Source of the DNA: Squalus acanthias
Lineage: Eukaryota
Direction: 5' to 3'
Length of the DNA stretch: 64,000 nucleotides
NCBI GenBank assembly: GCA_030390025.1
Contig: CM059446.1
Span: 41,974,001-42,038,000 of the forward strand
Shown: in pieces, positions 26,085 through 38,579 of the stretch
Position numbering within the stretch: the stretch's first letter is position 1
Layout of the letters: each line of letters begins with the position of its first letter
Notes under the pieces: generated by a model
What the model saw: only the letters and a program-made list of their open reading frames with translations
What the model was told of the DNA's origin: nothing
Databases searched by the model: none
Position numbers and translations under genes: made by a program

Positions 26085-28030
26085 AGAACCTCAAAAGGTA
26101 ATAATCTCTGGATTGTTACCCGAGCCACGTGCAAATTGGCATAGGGACAAACAGATCAGAGGTTTAAATGCGTGGGAAGGGGTTTCAGTTCATGGGGCAC
26201 TGGCACCAGTACTGGGGAAAAGAGGGAGCAGTTCCGTTGGGACGGGCTCCACTTAAACCAGACTGGGACCAGTGTCCTGGCAAACTGATTAGTTTAAAGC
26301 CCTGTCTACTGCCCTAGTTAATGAGGGGGGGGGAGGCGGCTTCAGGAAAGATTAAATTTAAAAGCAGAAAGAAATGTCAAGGCTCTAGAGCAGAGTAGAG
26401 TTTTGGGTAAAAATAAGTAGAGTGGGTCAGGAAGGGACAGAGTGTAACAAAGGTAATAAGGCATCAGTGACAAATGTGACATCAGGGAAAAAGAGAAATA
26501 AGTCAAAGCTAAAGGCACTATATCTGAATGCGCGAATCATTCGCAACAAAATAGATGAATTAATAGCGCAGATAGAAATGAACAGATGTGATCTAATAGC
26601 CATAATAGAGACATGGTTGGGAACTAAATATTCCAGGATACTTAACTTTTAGAAGAGATAGGCAAAATGGAAAAGCAGGAGGGGTCGTCCTGACAAAGGA
26701 TGGGATAAAGTCTGTAGAGAGAAAGGATCTTGGCTCTGAAAATCAAGTAGTAGAATCAGTTTGGGTGGAGCTAAGAAACAGCAAGAGGCAGAAAATATTG
26801 GTGGGAGTTGTTTATAGGCCCCCAAACAGTAGTTGCAATGTAGGGCAGAGTATAAATCAGGAAATTAGAGGCGCATGTAACAAGGGTAATACAGTAACCA
26901 TGGGGGACTTTAATCTACAAACAGACTGGGCAAACCAAATTTGCAGTAATAGTGTGGAGGACGAATTAATGGAATGTATGCAAGACAGTTTTCTAGTTCA
27001 GTATGTTGAGGAACCAACTAGGGAACAGGCTATTTTAGATCTAGTATTGTGGAATGAGAAAGGGTTAATTAATAACCTTGTAGTAAAGGGGCCTTTAGGA
27101 AAGTGTGACCATAATTTGAGTTTGAAAGTGATTTAGTTAAATCCAAAACTAGGGTCTTAAATCTAAACAAAGCAAACTACGTAGGTATGAGGGGCGAGTT
27201 GGCTAAGGTAGATTAGCAATGGCTAGCACTTAAAGAATTAATACATAATTTACAACAAATATACATTCCTTTAAGGCACAAAAAACCCACAGGAAAAGTG
27301 GTCCAACCATGGCTAACAAGGAAAGTTAAAGATAGTATTAGATCAAAGGAAGAGGCTTATAATGTTGCCAAAAAGAGCAGTAAGCCTGAGGATTGGGAGG
27401 ATTTTAGAATTCAGCAAAGGAGGACTAAGAAATTGATAAAGGGAAAATAGAATAGTAGAGTAAACTAGCGAGAGACATAAAATCAGACTGTAAAAGTTTC
27501 TATAGGTATGTAAAAAGGAAAAGATTAGCAAAAGTAAACATGGGTCCCTTACAGGCTGAGACAGGAGAAATTATAATGGGGAATAAGGAAATGGCAGAGA
27601 AATTAAACAAATACCGTGTGTCTGTCTTCACAGAAGACGCAAAAAACTTCCCGGAAATAGTGGAGAACCAAGGCTCTAGCGAGAATGAGGAACTGAAAGA
27701 AATTAGTATTAGTAAAAAAATAGTATTGGAGAAATTAATGGGACTGAAAGCCAATAAATCCCCTGGACCTGATGGCCTAGAATAAGGGGTCGGCCATTTA
27801 GGACTGAGATGAGGAGAAATTTCTTCACTCAGAGGGTGGTGAATTTTTGGAATTCTCTACCCGAGGGCTCTGGAGGCTCAGTCGTGGAGTATATTCAAGA
27901 CAGAGATCGATAGATTTTTGAATATTAAGGGAATCAAGGGATATGGGGATAGTGCAGGAAAGTGGAGATGTGGTAGATCAGCCATGATCTTATTGAATGG
28001 CGGAGCAGGCTTGAAGGGCCTGCTCCATGT
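26085..28030 (+). mobile_element. CR1 LINE with ORF1 (esterase-like) C-terminus, ORF2 AP-endonuclease and 3' end; RT domain deleted
   Basis: ORF1 remnant (..ISGLLPEP.., WDGLHLN); ORF2 start LKALYLNARIIRNKIDEL..IAIIETWL; GVVYRPPNSS, MGDFN, EEPTREQAILDLVL, KSPGPDGL; then an abrupt jump at about 27778 to the 3' end. Confidence 0.92.
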
Positions 28031-28964
28031 TCTTTCTCCTTTAAGGGCACATGGAGCAGAGCAGAGGATATCCGGCAGCCTGATTCTCTGCTGTGGTGGT
28101 AAACAAGTCATTTTACTTTGGTCAACTGCCAGCCTGGACAGTTTGCTTTGAGCGTCATTTGAAGTCTGGAGTCATTTCACACAGATAGGAGTTTCACACT
28201 CCTCGATCAAGGGCTTTATTGCAAGGAAGGGCACAGTGATTATAAAAGAGTATAGCGAATCATACAGAAACAGTGCGGGCAATTTCATCTCTACAAACGT
28301 GTTAGTGTGGTTTATTATATTAAAATAATCACTCGACATGAGAGTAGAACAAATCCGCAACATGTCAAAGTTCATCAGGAAGCCCAGCTCGAGTAGCCGA
28401 CTCCTGCACCATTACTCACGTAGAGTCCGGTCCAAAATAGAACAGATTTTTTCTTGGAGACATTTCTTCTATACTTCATCCACCCTCAAAACTATACATG
28501 GTCATTCTAGAGATACTTTCTCCAACTTAAAATTAGAAGTAAAAAAAGGTCTGCAATTATACAATACCCAAACACATGGTAAAGCTTAATAACTGACTAA
28601 ATTATATTTAGTTAACATATTTTCTTCTTCAGTTATAAAGATAAAATAATTATACTTCAGTTGTGATGTGGTGGGTGTAGGAGACTGGAATACTCCTTCA
28701 GACCAATCCCCCACCTCTGTCGAGTTCCCAATCTCGGTCACATTGTTGTGCGGACCAGTCACAGGAAGGTGGTAGGGGTGAGGGGAGCTCCCCACTGGGA
28801 TATTTTCATACAACTGCTGGGAATCTGCTGCAGAGTAGCAGAGAGTCTGGGAGCAGGTTTACACAGTCTCACCTACATGACTCAGGATGATGAAAAATGA
28901 GAGAAAACACCCCACAGACGGTCATATTTTCCATGATCAATTTGTGGCTATGATTCATTTTGGA

Positions 28965-29090
28965 TTTTTTAATTCATTCACAGGATGTGGGCGTCACTGA
29001 CAAGGCCAGTATTTATTGCCCATCCCTAATTGCCATCGAGAAGGTGGTGAGCCGCCTTCTTGAACCGTGGCAGTGTGGTGAAGGTACATA
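28965..29090 (-). mobile_element. 3' terminus of a non-LTR retrotransposon family
   Basis: Minus strand ...TTCAAGAAGGCGGCTCACCACCTTCTC...GGGCAATAAATACTGGCCTTGTCAGTGACGCCCACATCCTGTGAATGAATTAAAAA; the last ~45 nt recur on the plus strand at 31590-31635. Confidence 0.7.
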
Positions 29091-29569
29091 TAAAAAAAGA
29101 CATGCCTTCTAACAGTTACGAAACGAGTCAATATAGCCTCCAATGTCAGTGCAGCACACTCTCTTTCTGCCAACCCAGACATTTGTTCAGAGAAATTTTA
29201 ATAAAACCAAGAAACTGCACTGTCCAAAACCACCTTAAAAACTCGAGGAGACAGAATATTGCAGTTTTGACAGCATCTCAACTATTACATTCCTTAACTG
29301 ACTTGCGAAATATGAAATCATCTTACCAACAGAACTGTTGGCAACAGAAAATACATAAACGGATGATGGAAATAACCAGGCACAAACGGAGCTGATCACA
29401 AGGACTCCACCAGAGGGAGCGCCACAGCAGTGCACTCAGCTCCTCAATGTTCAGTACTCATTAAATAGTGAAAAGCAAAAACCCTCACCCAAGGGAAGGC
29501 AGCTTGAAAGACCTGCCCCGTGTCGATTAATTAAACTACAGTGGAATCTTGTTCAGTGAAACATCATCT

Positions 29570-30045
29570 TTCATTTATACAACTCCTTTAATGTAGTAAA
29601 GCCTTGCAAGGAGTGTTATCAAACAAAATTTGGCATCGAGCCACATAAGGAGATTTTAGGACAGGTGACCAAAAGCTTGGTCAAAGAGGTAAGTCTCAAG
29701 GAGAGTCTTAAAGGAAGGGAGATAGGGACAGAGAGAGCTGGAAAGGTTTAGGGAGGGAATTTCAAAGCTTTAGGGCCTTAGCAGCTGAAGGCATGGCCGC
29801 CAATGGTGGAGCGATGAAAAATTGGGAATACTCAAGGAGGTCAGAATTGGAAGAGCGCAGAGATCTCAAAAAAGAGTTGCAGGAGATTAGAGATTGGGAT
29901 GGGCTAGGCTATGGAGGGATTTGAAAACAAGCGCGAGAATTTTTTTTTTTAAAACACAAGGCGTTGCCGGACCGGGAGCCAACGCAGGTCACGGGTGAAC
30001 GAGACTTGGCACGAGTTAGGATACGGGCAACAGCGTTCTGGAGGA
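29570..30045 (-). mobile_element. L2 LINE 3' fragment
   Basis: Aligns by eye with 57725-58230 (GACCAAAAGCTTGGTCAAAGAGGTA, GAGGGAATT, GGGAGCCAA..AGGTCA). Confidence 0.8.
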
Positions 30046-30419
30046 CAAGTCAAGACAGACAATCCACAGCAACACAGAGCACAAGAATCACAGCATAACT
30101 TCGCTTTTGGATCAAAATTACAGCGAGTGTTTAGCCTCAGTGTTGAGGTAGAGATCTCAAATTATACTTTCATTAAAGTAGGTTACGTCTTTTGGAATAA
30201 AGTGAAACTAGTTTAGGCGTAGTTTCTATTTGTCATTTTACACACACATCTGGAATAATCAGTCTTCGCATACCACCAGAGAAAAAGCATGCAGCTCCCT
30301 TTCTCCTCACTACTTATCCCACTAGGAAGGAGTATCCTCCTCTCCCCGCTCACTATACCAGCAGGAAATCAAAATCCAAAATACACCACCTTCAATGCTT
30401 CTCCAGAAAAAGACAGAAG

Positions 30420-30578
30420 TAACGTTCCTCCTAAGGTGCATGGCCGCCCATCAATCGAGAGGTCCCGGGCAGACCGCTCACCAGTTGCTGCTGCTGGAAG
30501 GGACACGGCGCATGTGTGGCCATACAGCAAATTTAAAAGGGACTGTGCATGAAAAAAAAAAATTAAGAGGGAATATTG
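30420..30578. mobile_element. hAT (Tip100-like) MITE with 8-bp TSD
   Basis: TIRs TAACGTTCCTCCTAAG / TAAGAGGGAATATTG; TSD GACAGAAG at 30412-30419 and 30579-30586; same family as 12803-12925. Confidence 0.8.
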
Positions 30579-30614
30579 GACAGAAGCGCCCTCATTGCCA
30601 GGAAACTGGCCTAG

Positions 30615-31042
30615 ATAAGCAAAGCTGTCAAGTGTTTGCTTGGCTCTGTGGATTCAGGTCCCACTCCAGAACTCGAGCACATAACCCAAGCTAGCATTTC
30701 AGTGCAGCACTGAGGGAGTGCTGTATTGTTAGAGGCGCAGTCTTTCGGATGAGACATTAACAGAGGCCAAGTCTACCTGCTCGGGTGGGTGCAAAAGATC
30801 CCACGGCACCATTCAAAGAGAAGGGTGCGCTCCCCTGTGTCCTGTACAACAGTCATCCCTCAACCCAGCACCACTAGAACAAATGTACTGGTCATTCGTG
30901 ACATTGCCATTTGTGGGGCACGGCTCTGCACAAGTTGGCCGGCGTGTTTGCCTACAGAACAATAACCATTTGTCAGAAAGTAATTAATTAATTAGGTGCA
31001 AAGTACTTTGGGACGTTCGGAGCATGTGAAAGGTACTATACA
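30615..31042 (+). mobile_element. Deu-domain SINE, diverged
   Basis: GTCTTTCGGATGAGACATTAACAGAGGCC core, AAAAGATCCCACGGCAC, tail ACTTTGGGACG...GTGAAAGGTACTATA. Confidence 0.8.
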
Positions 31043-31672
31043 AGAATATGGGTTTGTGTCCCCTTCTTGGGCAAAATGTCCTCCGCCAGGCAGTTTTCCA
31101 CATCTGAACACGTTGAACCCCGCCCGATATTTTAAGCTCAAGTTCTAAGTTTGTGCTATTTGAGAGCTTAATTCTCTCATTTTAGATCTACAATTCAATC
31201 AAGCACTCATCCCATTCAATTAACCGCTTACTGCAAACAATGTACATCTGTTAAATGTTAACCAGTTGGATAGATGGGGCTGGAGTATCCAATTTACATT
31301 AAATTATAGGGCAGGGGAAAAAAGGTTTGTTGGAGGGGGAAAAAAAAAAAACTTGACTTATTACTGAATATATTCACCTTCTATGCAGTGCTTAGATTTA
31401 AAGCACATCTTGCTCTGGGCCAACATTGCGTCTCATTGTTGAATTGCAGAGTGGTGATTAATAAAACTACAGGTAAAACATTTGTGGAATGCAAGATGGC
31501 TAGTTGTGTACAGAATTTTCCGTTCCCCCTTTTGCTGTAAGACCGGATCAACCAGATGTGTACACACACACACACACACTCACTCACTCTGCTGGCTTTG
31601 CCAGTGACGCCTACATCTGGGAGAATGAACTAAAATAATTTAAAGAAAGGAGAGGCAAGGCTGAGGACCCAG

Positions 31673-31996
31673 TAGGGTTGCCAACTCCGATAGGGTGTAT
31701 TCCCCTGGAGGTTTAATCACATGACCTCCCACCATGAACCACCCTGCCCTGCCCCGCCATTGGTCCATCCTCCGAGCATACTGCCGTCCCCGTGCCAACT
31801 GGAAAGGAAACGGACGGTTACCCAGTTGGATTAAGTGTGACTGTTAATCTCCAAAAATGAAAGTGTTCGAAGAAAACAGTATTTTGTTTAATGACCCGAT
31901 ATTGGGTGGCTTGCAGCAGAGGGCTGGGGATTAATCGGAATCTGCAATTCCTGGAGATCCAGGACAATCCTGGGAGGGTTGGCAATGGCAATCCTA
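31673..31996. mobile_element. hAT MITE with TAGGGTTGCCA TIRs and 8-bp TSD
   Basis: Left TAGGGTTGCCAAC, right TGGCAATCCTA; TSD GGACCCAG at 31665-31672 and 31997-32004. Confidence 0.85.
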
Positions 31997-34066
31997 GGAC
32001 CCAGTCGGAAGTTTGTTTTTTCTACCTCACTGCCTCTGCACAGCTTTCTGGACTCCCACCTCACCTCACCCTTCACCTAGCTACACACAAGGAGCAGTTG
32101 GTAAACTGGTAGCTTTTTGCTTCGAAGCGCATCAGGGATTCAGGCGGCCGAGTGCAGTAAATATTGACAGCAGCTACCAAATAAAGTTAAAAAGTGAAAT
32201 ATAGGCTACTGAAAATTACAGTCTACTCTTTTTAAAGTTCGAATTATCTGACAATTCAAATTTATTTCAGCACTAAAATTAACTCATCTCTTCCTTTAAA
32301 ATTATTGGATAATTCCAGTAAGTGTTAAAATTGACTCGATCAGGACTATACTGTGGCTTCAAAGTAACTAGAAAGCCTCTTTCACGTCCCCCCCCCACTC
32401 CCCTGCCACGTGTTACTCAGCAGAGCTCACTACTAAACATACAGTAACTAGCCAGGACTCCCACCATCCGAGCCATGGGACCATCCATGAGCAAGTGTAC
32501 ATTCAATGTGCTTATATTTAAAAGACAGACTACGGAGTACTTCCATCTCATCAACTCACAGAATGAGCATTTTCTATTGCAAACACTATTTTTTGAGGTA
32601 ATAAAAAGGATCTTAAAATGGGTTTAAACAGACAAGATAAACCAATCTTCCAGTTGTAGTAAACCTCCCGCAGGAGAGAGTGAGGCAGACTGTTAAGGTG
32701 GGGTGGGGGGGGGGGGGGGGGGGGGGGGTCAATGGGTTAAATGTCGTCTAGACAACAGTGATGTGAAGCGCTAATGTATCTTGCAGGACATTTACTGATT
32801 GCTCTTCTGCACCAGCGACGATCAGCCAAGCAAAAGCCGACTGAAATGCAACGGAAAAACAACCTTCAAAACATGGAGGACGAGCACATCACTAGGTGAA
32901 CATCCAGCAGCTTACAAAGGGGACTTTCGTACTGCACAATAGAATTATACTTATCTTACGGACCGACACAAACCAGAGCCCCGAAACAATTACCACCACT
33001 GCACTGAATTTAAGAGGAAGTCAGCAGCGTAGCTGCTTAGTACAGGACTTAAAACCAGTGTACAGAAGAGGGTCAAGATAAATCAGATTCTCCAATTGAC
33101 TCCACACATCATCTGAAGTACTGAATTGAAAAACCTCTCTCAATGAAGGAGGAGAGATGTAATCGTGGTCAGTCACCACCGGAATTACCAAACGTGTGTG
33201 AACCAACACTTTTTTTTTTGTTTTAAAAGGGGAAAGTCTAGGGGGAAGACTATTTTCTTCAATGGATTCTTCAACTTTTTCTTTAAAAAAAGTGTCTATT
33301 TTCCTCCCATCATTGGATACCCTCAAGTAAGAGCTCCTGCCAGGCTACAGGAGACATCGGAGAGCAGCTTTTCAGAACTGAATGGGGCAGAAGGAAGGAC
33401 ACAACTGTAGTCGAAGGCCCAATGACAGAAGGCCACACTATAGGCCTCTGAATGCAAATTCCACAGCCCATAGCATGGTTTTCCAGTTCGCCCTGGAATA
33501 GTCCTTAGATCTTTGACCTTGCACCCAGGCAGGTTCGAACAGAAACTCAAATGTATTGGCCATCCCTTACCAGCGCAGCCCAGGAGGGAGGGAGACCCCA
33601 CTAGAGGGTCTCCAGGTCAGCAGATAAATTGGAGGAGTTTGAGGGCATGATTTCCTACCCACAGCTACAAGGCAACTTCATGTCCAAGTAGCAGCCCTCT
33701 ACTGTCCAGGCTCAGATTGAGAACGGACATTTGAGGGCTATTCAATCACAGGGGCCACATCAAAGTCCAATCCGAATTAAGGAGAACCAAACAGGCTTAA
33801 GGAGAACCAAAGGCAGAGGCATCTCATATCGTAATAGTGCATGGTTTCTTTTTTAAATAAAATATGCTTAGAGTCACAGGATAATTAAATCAAAAATCAT
33901 GTACTGAATAGGAACATAAAATCGGAGTTACAGCTACAGGCACAAAATCAAAAGTATCCGAAAAAGTAAAAGCTCAATGTCCCAAATGGTCATTATTATG
34001 GACTTACATAAATCGAGCGAAGGCAGTATTGGAGAACAGTCAGTGTCCTGCTTCCGATTTACTTAC

Positions 34067-34219
34067 CACTCTTTTTTCTCTAAAATCTATGCCAACTGTG
34101 GTGATGAACTTGGAGTTGAATTTGGCATCGGTGTATTGATAGAGAAAGCTGGTTTTTCCTACTCCTGAATCACCAAGTGCTAGGAATTTGATGAGGTAAT
34201 CATATTCTCCATCAGACAT
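34067..34219 (-). CDS. RAB27A: Ras-related protein Rab-27A, coding exon 1 (ATG; P-loop GDSGVGKT, switch I)
   Basis: ATG at 34219-34217; encodes [51 protein letters not shown]; donor GTAAGT at 34066-34061; acceptor AG at 34241-34240 with a polypyrimidine tract, giving 20 nt of 5' UTR in this exon. Confidence 0.97.
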
Positions 34220-35299
34220 AGTGAAAACTTAATGCTGACCTGCAATAAAAGAAAAAAAAATGGTTTCAAATAGGCTCTGACCAAGAAATATGTAACCAGA
34301 CTCTTTCCCCATCACCCCTTTAAAATACATAGTCACTGGTTTTCCCCTTGATACTTGAACAGTGGCACCTCCATTATCCACCCGAACAGAGGACCAAGGG
34401 TGGAGAATAGCAATTGGCAGATAATGCAGAGTTCAACAGTGGAGACGAGGATAACACAAAGAAACTGTATTCAGTTTTTCTTGAGCAGTGAAGTTGATTG
34501 ATAGCAGAGAGCGAACGTCATCAGTAGGCCAAGTATCTAGCACGGAGAGATGGTGCCGCCAGTTACCTGGCTTCAAAACACAAGGGCCTGGAAATTAATC
34601 TCCGGTGGTGGTGCAGAACGGGCTGTATCGGCTCGGCCACCCGTTATACGCAGTCATTGTTGACTGCAATGGAGCCGACCATCAGGCGCTGCGTATCTCC
34701 ATCGCCATCTCCAGAGATGAATTCCTAGACCAAGAACTCTCCGTAGCAAGTTTACTTTTCCATCATCTTTATGTCGAAAAGCACCACAGCTGCCTAAAGG
34801 CGACATGCCAGCAACAGAGTAAACAGGAAAACACTGGAAATACTCAGCCGGTTACACTCGAGGCATTCCCAACCACGGGCATTAAAATCCCAGTCTCGAG
34901 AGATAATCAAATACAGAGCCCTTTGGGAGGCGGACATACTGCAGCGTGTCACCATGCATCAGGTGACTGCCCCATGAGTAGCCATTCAGACAAAGTGCAA
35001 CATTCTTCTCCAGCAGTTACTTGTCACAAGTATAACTAACGCAACAGATGACATTTTTTTTTTAAAAAAGCAAGTCAAAACCTGTTGAACAAAAGCAATT
35101 ACTAATTGAAGATAAAAGTTTGGACACCTCGGCCTAAAACATTATTTGCAGCTGAAAGGATCGAGTTATAAAAAAGGAGCAGAGCCTTAAAGGCAGAGGG
35201 CGGCACAGAAAGCAAACAGCAGGCCACAAATCTAGCTACAAAAAAAAACCACTTCAGGTCTCCATTTCAAACTGCCATAAAAATACGCAACTATCAATA

Positions 35300-35545
35300 C
35301 TGAAACGGGCCATTCGGCCCCACCAGTTCGTGTCAGTGTTCACCCTTCACATGAGCAAATCGTTCCAATCATAGTCACCCACCCTGCTCCCAATTCCCTT
35401 CAACTCCTTTCTCCTTCATTTAAGAGATTAGTTGGGTGTATGTTTACAGTTTCTGCCTCAACCACGAACCACAGCCTCACAACTCAAGAAGCTTCTCCTG
35501 TCCCTTGTTGTAAATCTCTTACATTTAACCTTGTATCTATGTATT
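35300..35545 (-). mobile_element. Degenerate CR1 3' fragment
   Basis: GAAACGGGCCATTCGGCCC is the reverse complement of the CR1 terminal GGGCCGAATGGCC; TGCCTCAACCAC also present. Confidence 0.6.
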
Positions 35546-36224
35546 CCATACCTCGAGATACAACCTAGTATTAGATTAGATTAGTTTTCAGCTTTATTAA
35601 CCCGAGGCGTTGCCTTTAATATGTTTGGTAAACTGGTCGGTCGCTCGCGTGCCCCCGCCCCTCCCCTCCCCCGTGTAAATATTCTACAGGATAATGCACA
35701 GATCTTGAAGCTACTTTCCCTGTCCAGTGATTGCTAATGACCTCCTCCCTATTCAAATATTTGAAGACTCTCCACCACAATAGTGAGTCATTGGTTGGGG
35801 ATCAGAGGCAACACCTCTGGCTTTGTAAATTAGTATTTTTGTCCCAATTTAAACGTGCCTCCATAACTGGTGGGCATTTGACCCTCCAAAGTAGACAATT
35901 TAAGTTTTAATTTTCTTCGCTTCTGTGACAGGTTTGTATAATTGGTCAAGACTTTATCTAATTTCTTTAGAGTATTCACAGGGGCATCCACTAGAGCTGG
36001 TCTGTTGACATAGCTGTACATGTTTGGAAGGCATTGTACATCAAAATAATTGACGGTTTGCTTGCTGTGGTATGTGGGGAGAAAGAGTGGCAGTGTGTTC
36101 TTCGCAGTGTTTGGGCAAAAGGTGTTATGTTAATTCCTCATCTCTATTGTGTAGGTCTGGTAAATGATTTTACCAGAATGTTTCTTGGTGAAAAGACAAG
36201 ATTCATTTAGCCTCTAGGAAAGGA

Positions 36225-36401
36225 TGCCGGTGTTGGACTGGGGTGGACAAAAGTGAGAAGTCGCACAACACCAGGTTATAGTCCAACAGCTTTATTTGAA
36301 ATCACAAGCTTTCAGAGCGCTGCTCCTTCGTCAGGTGAAGTCATGATTTCAAATAAAGCTGTTGGACTATAACCTGGTGTTGTGCGACTTCTCACTTTTT
36401 T
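36225..36401. mobile_element. Miniature Penelope-like insertion with inverted terminal segment and 12-bp TSD (family B)
   Basis: TSD TCTAGGAAAGGA at 36213-36224 and 36402-36413; perfect 56-bp inverted repeat 36249-36304 / 36344-36399; homologous to 37877-37995 in opposite orientation. Confidence 0.82.
36302..36338 (-). ncRNA. Minimal type-I hammerhead ribozyme motif (same strand as RAB27A)
   Basis: Minus strand UCAC CUGACGA AGGAGC AGC GCUCU GAAA GC UU GUGA: helix I UCAC/GUGA, helix III palindrome AGCU, triplet CUU. Confidence 0.7.
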
Positions 36402-36654
36402 TCTAGGAAAGGAACCCAAGATATATTTCTTCATCGCTAGGTGGAGGCCTTACATCATCCAGATTGGAAGATGTCCCAAGAGAGAGGTTTTACCACAACC
36501 GAGGCACTACCTTTTTGCTGCTAGCATTGAAACCTGCACTCCATATTACCGTTTATAAAACCCAACATTCTGTTGCCCTTTTTCTATCTGTACTCCAATT
36601 CAGGGAATTACGTATTTGAACTCCTAGTTCTCTTCATCCACATCTTTCAATTGA

Positions 36655-37035
36655 GCCTAGACCCCCAATTTCTGGTCTTTCCTCCCAAAATGTATTACAT
36701 TACACTGATCCACATTAAATTGCATCGCCACCTGTCAACCCATTCCACTATACATGCTTTGGACTTGTGCATAGAACAAAAGGTGAACCCAGCAGTGACC
36801 CAGCAGTACACACTTCCAATCCTTCCCCAGACCAAGCAACGCCAATTTACTCAAACTCGGTTTCTTGTTCGTCAAACCAACTTTCTATCTATGCTGCTAT
36901 ACGTCCTCTTCTACCATATACCAGAATTTTAATAAGCCTCTTAAGACACTTTATTAAATGCTTTCTGGAAATCCCAGTATGCTACATCTACACATTCCCT
37001 TTATCGCTCCAAAATTAGTCACTTCTTTCATTGAG
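36655..37035 (-). mobile_element. Degenerate CR1 RT fragment
   Basis: Reverse complement encodes VDVAYWDFQKAFNKV-like and WRCNLMWI..HFGRK-like CR1 RT motifs. Confidence 0.6.
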
Positions 37036-37699
37036 GAATTAATCTGAGCCCCATTCCCCCCCCTCTTGAAGATTCTACGTTGTTTGTGGACGAGAGGTGA
37101 ATAAGTTAGCAATAGTCAAGGCTTTTTACATGGTCATGGCATAGCTTGGGGTAGGGTGGGAGAAAGAGAAAGGAGAAGAGGTGATACCATCAGGTAACTT
37201 TGGAGTTTCTATTGAACAGCTGGGGCTTCAAGGTCGTGCCTAATCCGAATAGGTCAACACGCACCATATTTGATAAGTGGTAGCTGTATGGTCAGATAGT
37301 AACTTTTGTGGAGCATCTGACCTATCTTCACATTCTTCTGATGACCTGAATCCATTCACTCTCGGCATGTTGGCTGTTCATTGCTTCAGACTGGGGTGAG
37401 AGGACTAACAGGTTGTTAAACAATAAAAAAAGTTGCACAATACAATAAACTGATCCTGTTGAACAATAGAAATCAATGGAGCACTCCAGGGGCAGTGAGC
37501 GAGACAGAGCGAGACAGAGAGACCCCCTGCAAATATCGATGGGGCCGAGGACCCACTTCCAAAAGAGAACATCAGATACTCAAGAGGAACATTGTGGAAC
37601 CATTGAAGGAGATGATTTTATTTATTTTAAAGTAACGTGCATCAGAGAATGTTTTGGAAGGATGGAATATTGTAGCATGTTAAACAATACATTATTGTC

Positions 37700-38006
37700 C
37701 ACCTCATTGTCTTTGATGTAATGTTTTCCTGACTGACCTGTTTGGACACCATCCACACCTTTGATTGCCGTGATTATCTCTCTGCCGAGGTGTGATAAAG
37801 GGCAGTTAGAAAGATTAACTGTAATCATCTGGCAGTGTTCTCTGACTATATATGCTGTGCCTATATGCATCTCTTCACTTCACCTGACGAAGGAGCAGCG
37901 CTCCGAAAGCTTGTGATTTCAATTAATCCTGTTGGACTATAACCTGGTGGTGTGCGACTTCTCACATTTGTCCACCCCAGTCCAACACCGGCATCTCCAC
38001 ATCATG
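37700..38006 (+). mobile_element. Penelope-like element terminal remnant (family B)
   Basis: Hammerhead core followed by CTGTTGGACTATAACCTGGTG...GTCCACCCCAGTCCAACACCGGCATCTCCACATCATG; homologous to 36223-36340. Confidence 0.78.
37880..37916 (+). ncRNA. Minimal type-I hammerhead ribozyme motif
   Basis: UCAC CUGACGA A GGAGC AGC GCUCC GAAA GC UU GUGA: intact core, perfect helix II, AGCU palindromic helix III. Confidence 0.78.
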
Positions 38007-38579
38007 AATACATTATTCAGTTCTGATGTGTGTCCCTTTGAAAGTGAACAGTCTAATTGAAAAGTAAACACCAGTTGAGTCCATAAGAGGTCAGTTAAAG
38101 AGAGAGGCTGTAGATATTGTGGATCCAGTATCTTGTGTTCCTTGACCATCTTTTGAGACACAAATGTGCGTTATACTGACATCTGATGCACAGGACGTGC
38201 ATGTGCATACATACTTAACAGTCCTGTGTACATCTACAATAAAGCTTTCCGCATTAGCATCACATTCATGTTGCATCTTAAAAACAAATAGTATTGCTAA
38301 GTTATCCACACGGATTGTCTCAAATTTTCCATTTTTACCAAATGTGCACCAAGCAAAAACTAGTCTCATTCAGTACACGGGCAAGAAAAGCAAACTAGCA
38401 ACCAAAAAAAATCACTGAAGCTACAAACCAGCATGCATCACATCTAACCAAAATTGCTCAATATCACCCCGCTATCTCTCGCTCTCTCCTGCTGGTCCTT
38501 TGATGTGCCATATTTCACTGTACCCTTCATTTGCCCAAAAGTTCAATTTTTACCATAATACAATCAAAATGACAACATT

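Noticed and set aside
35830-36021. 63-aa basic ORF upstream of RAB27A and the many other 60-150 aa ORFs
   Set aside because: No recognisable domains or splice support; expected by chance or derived from TE antisense frames.
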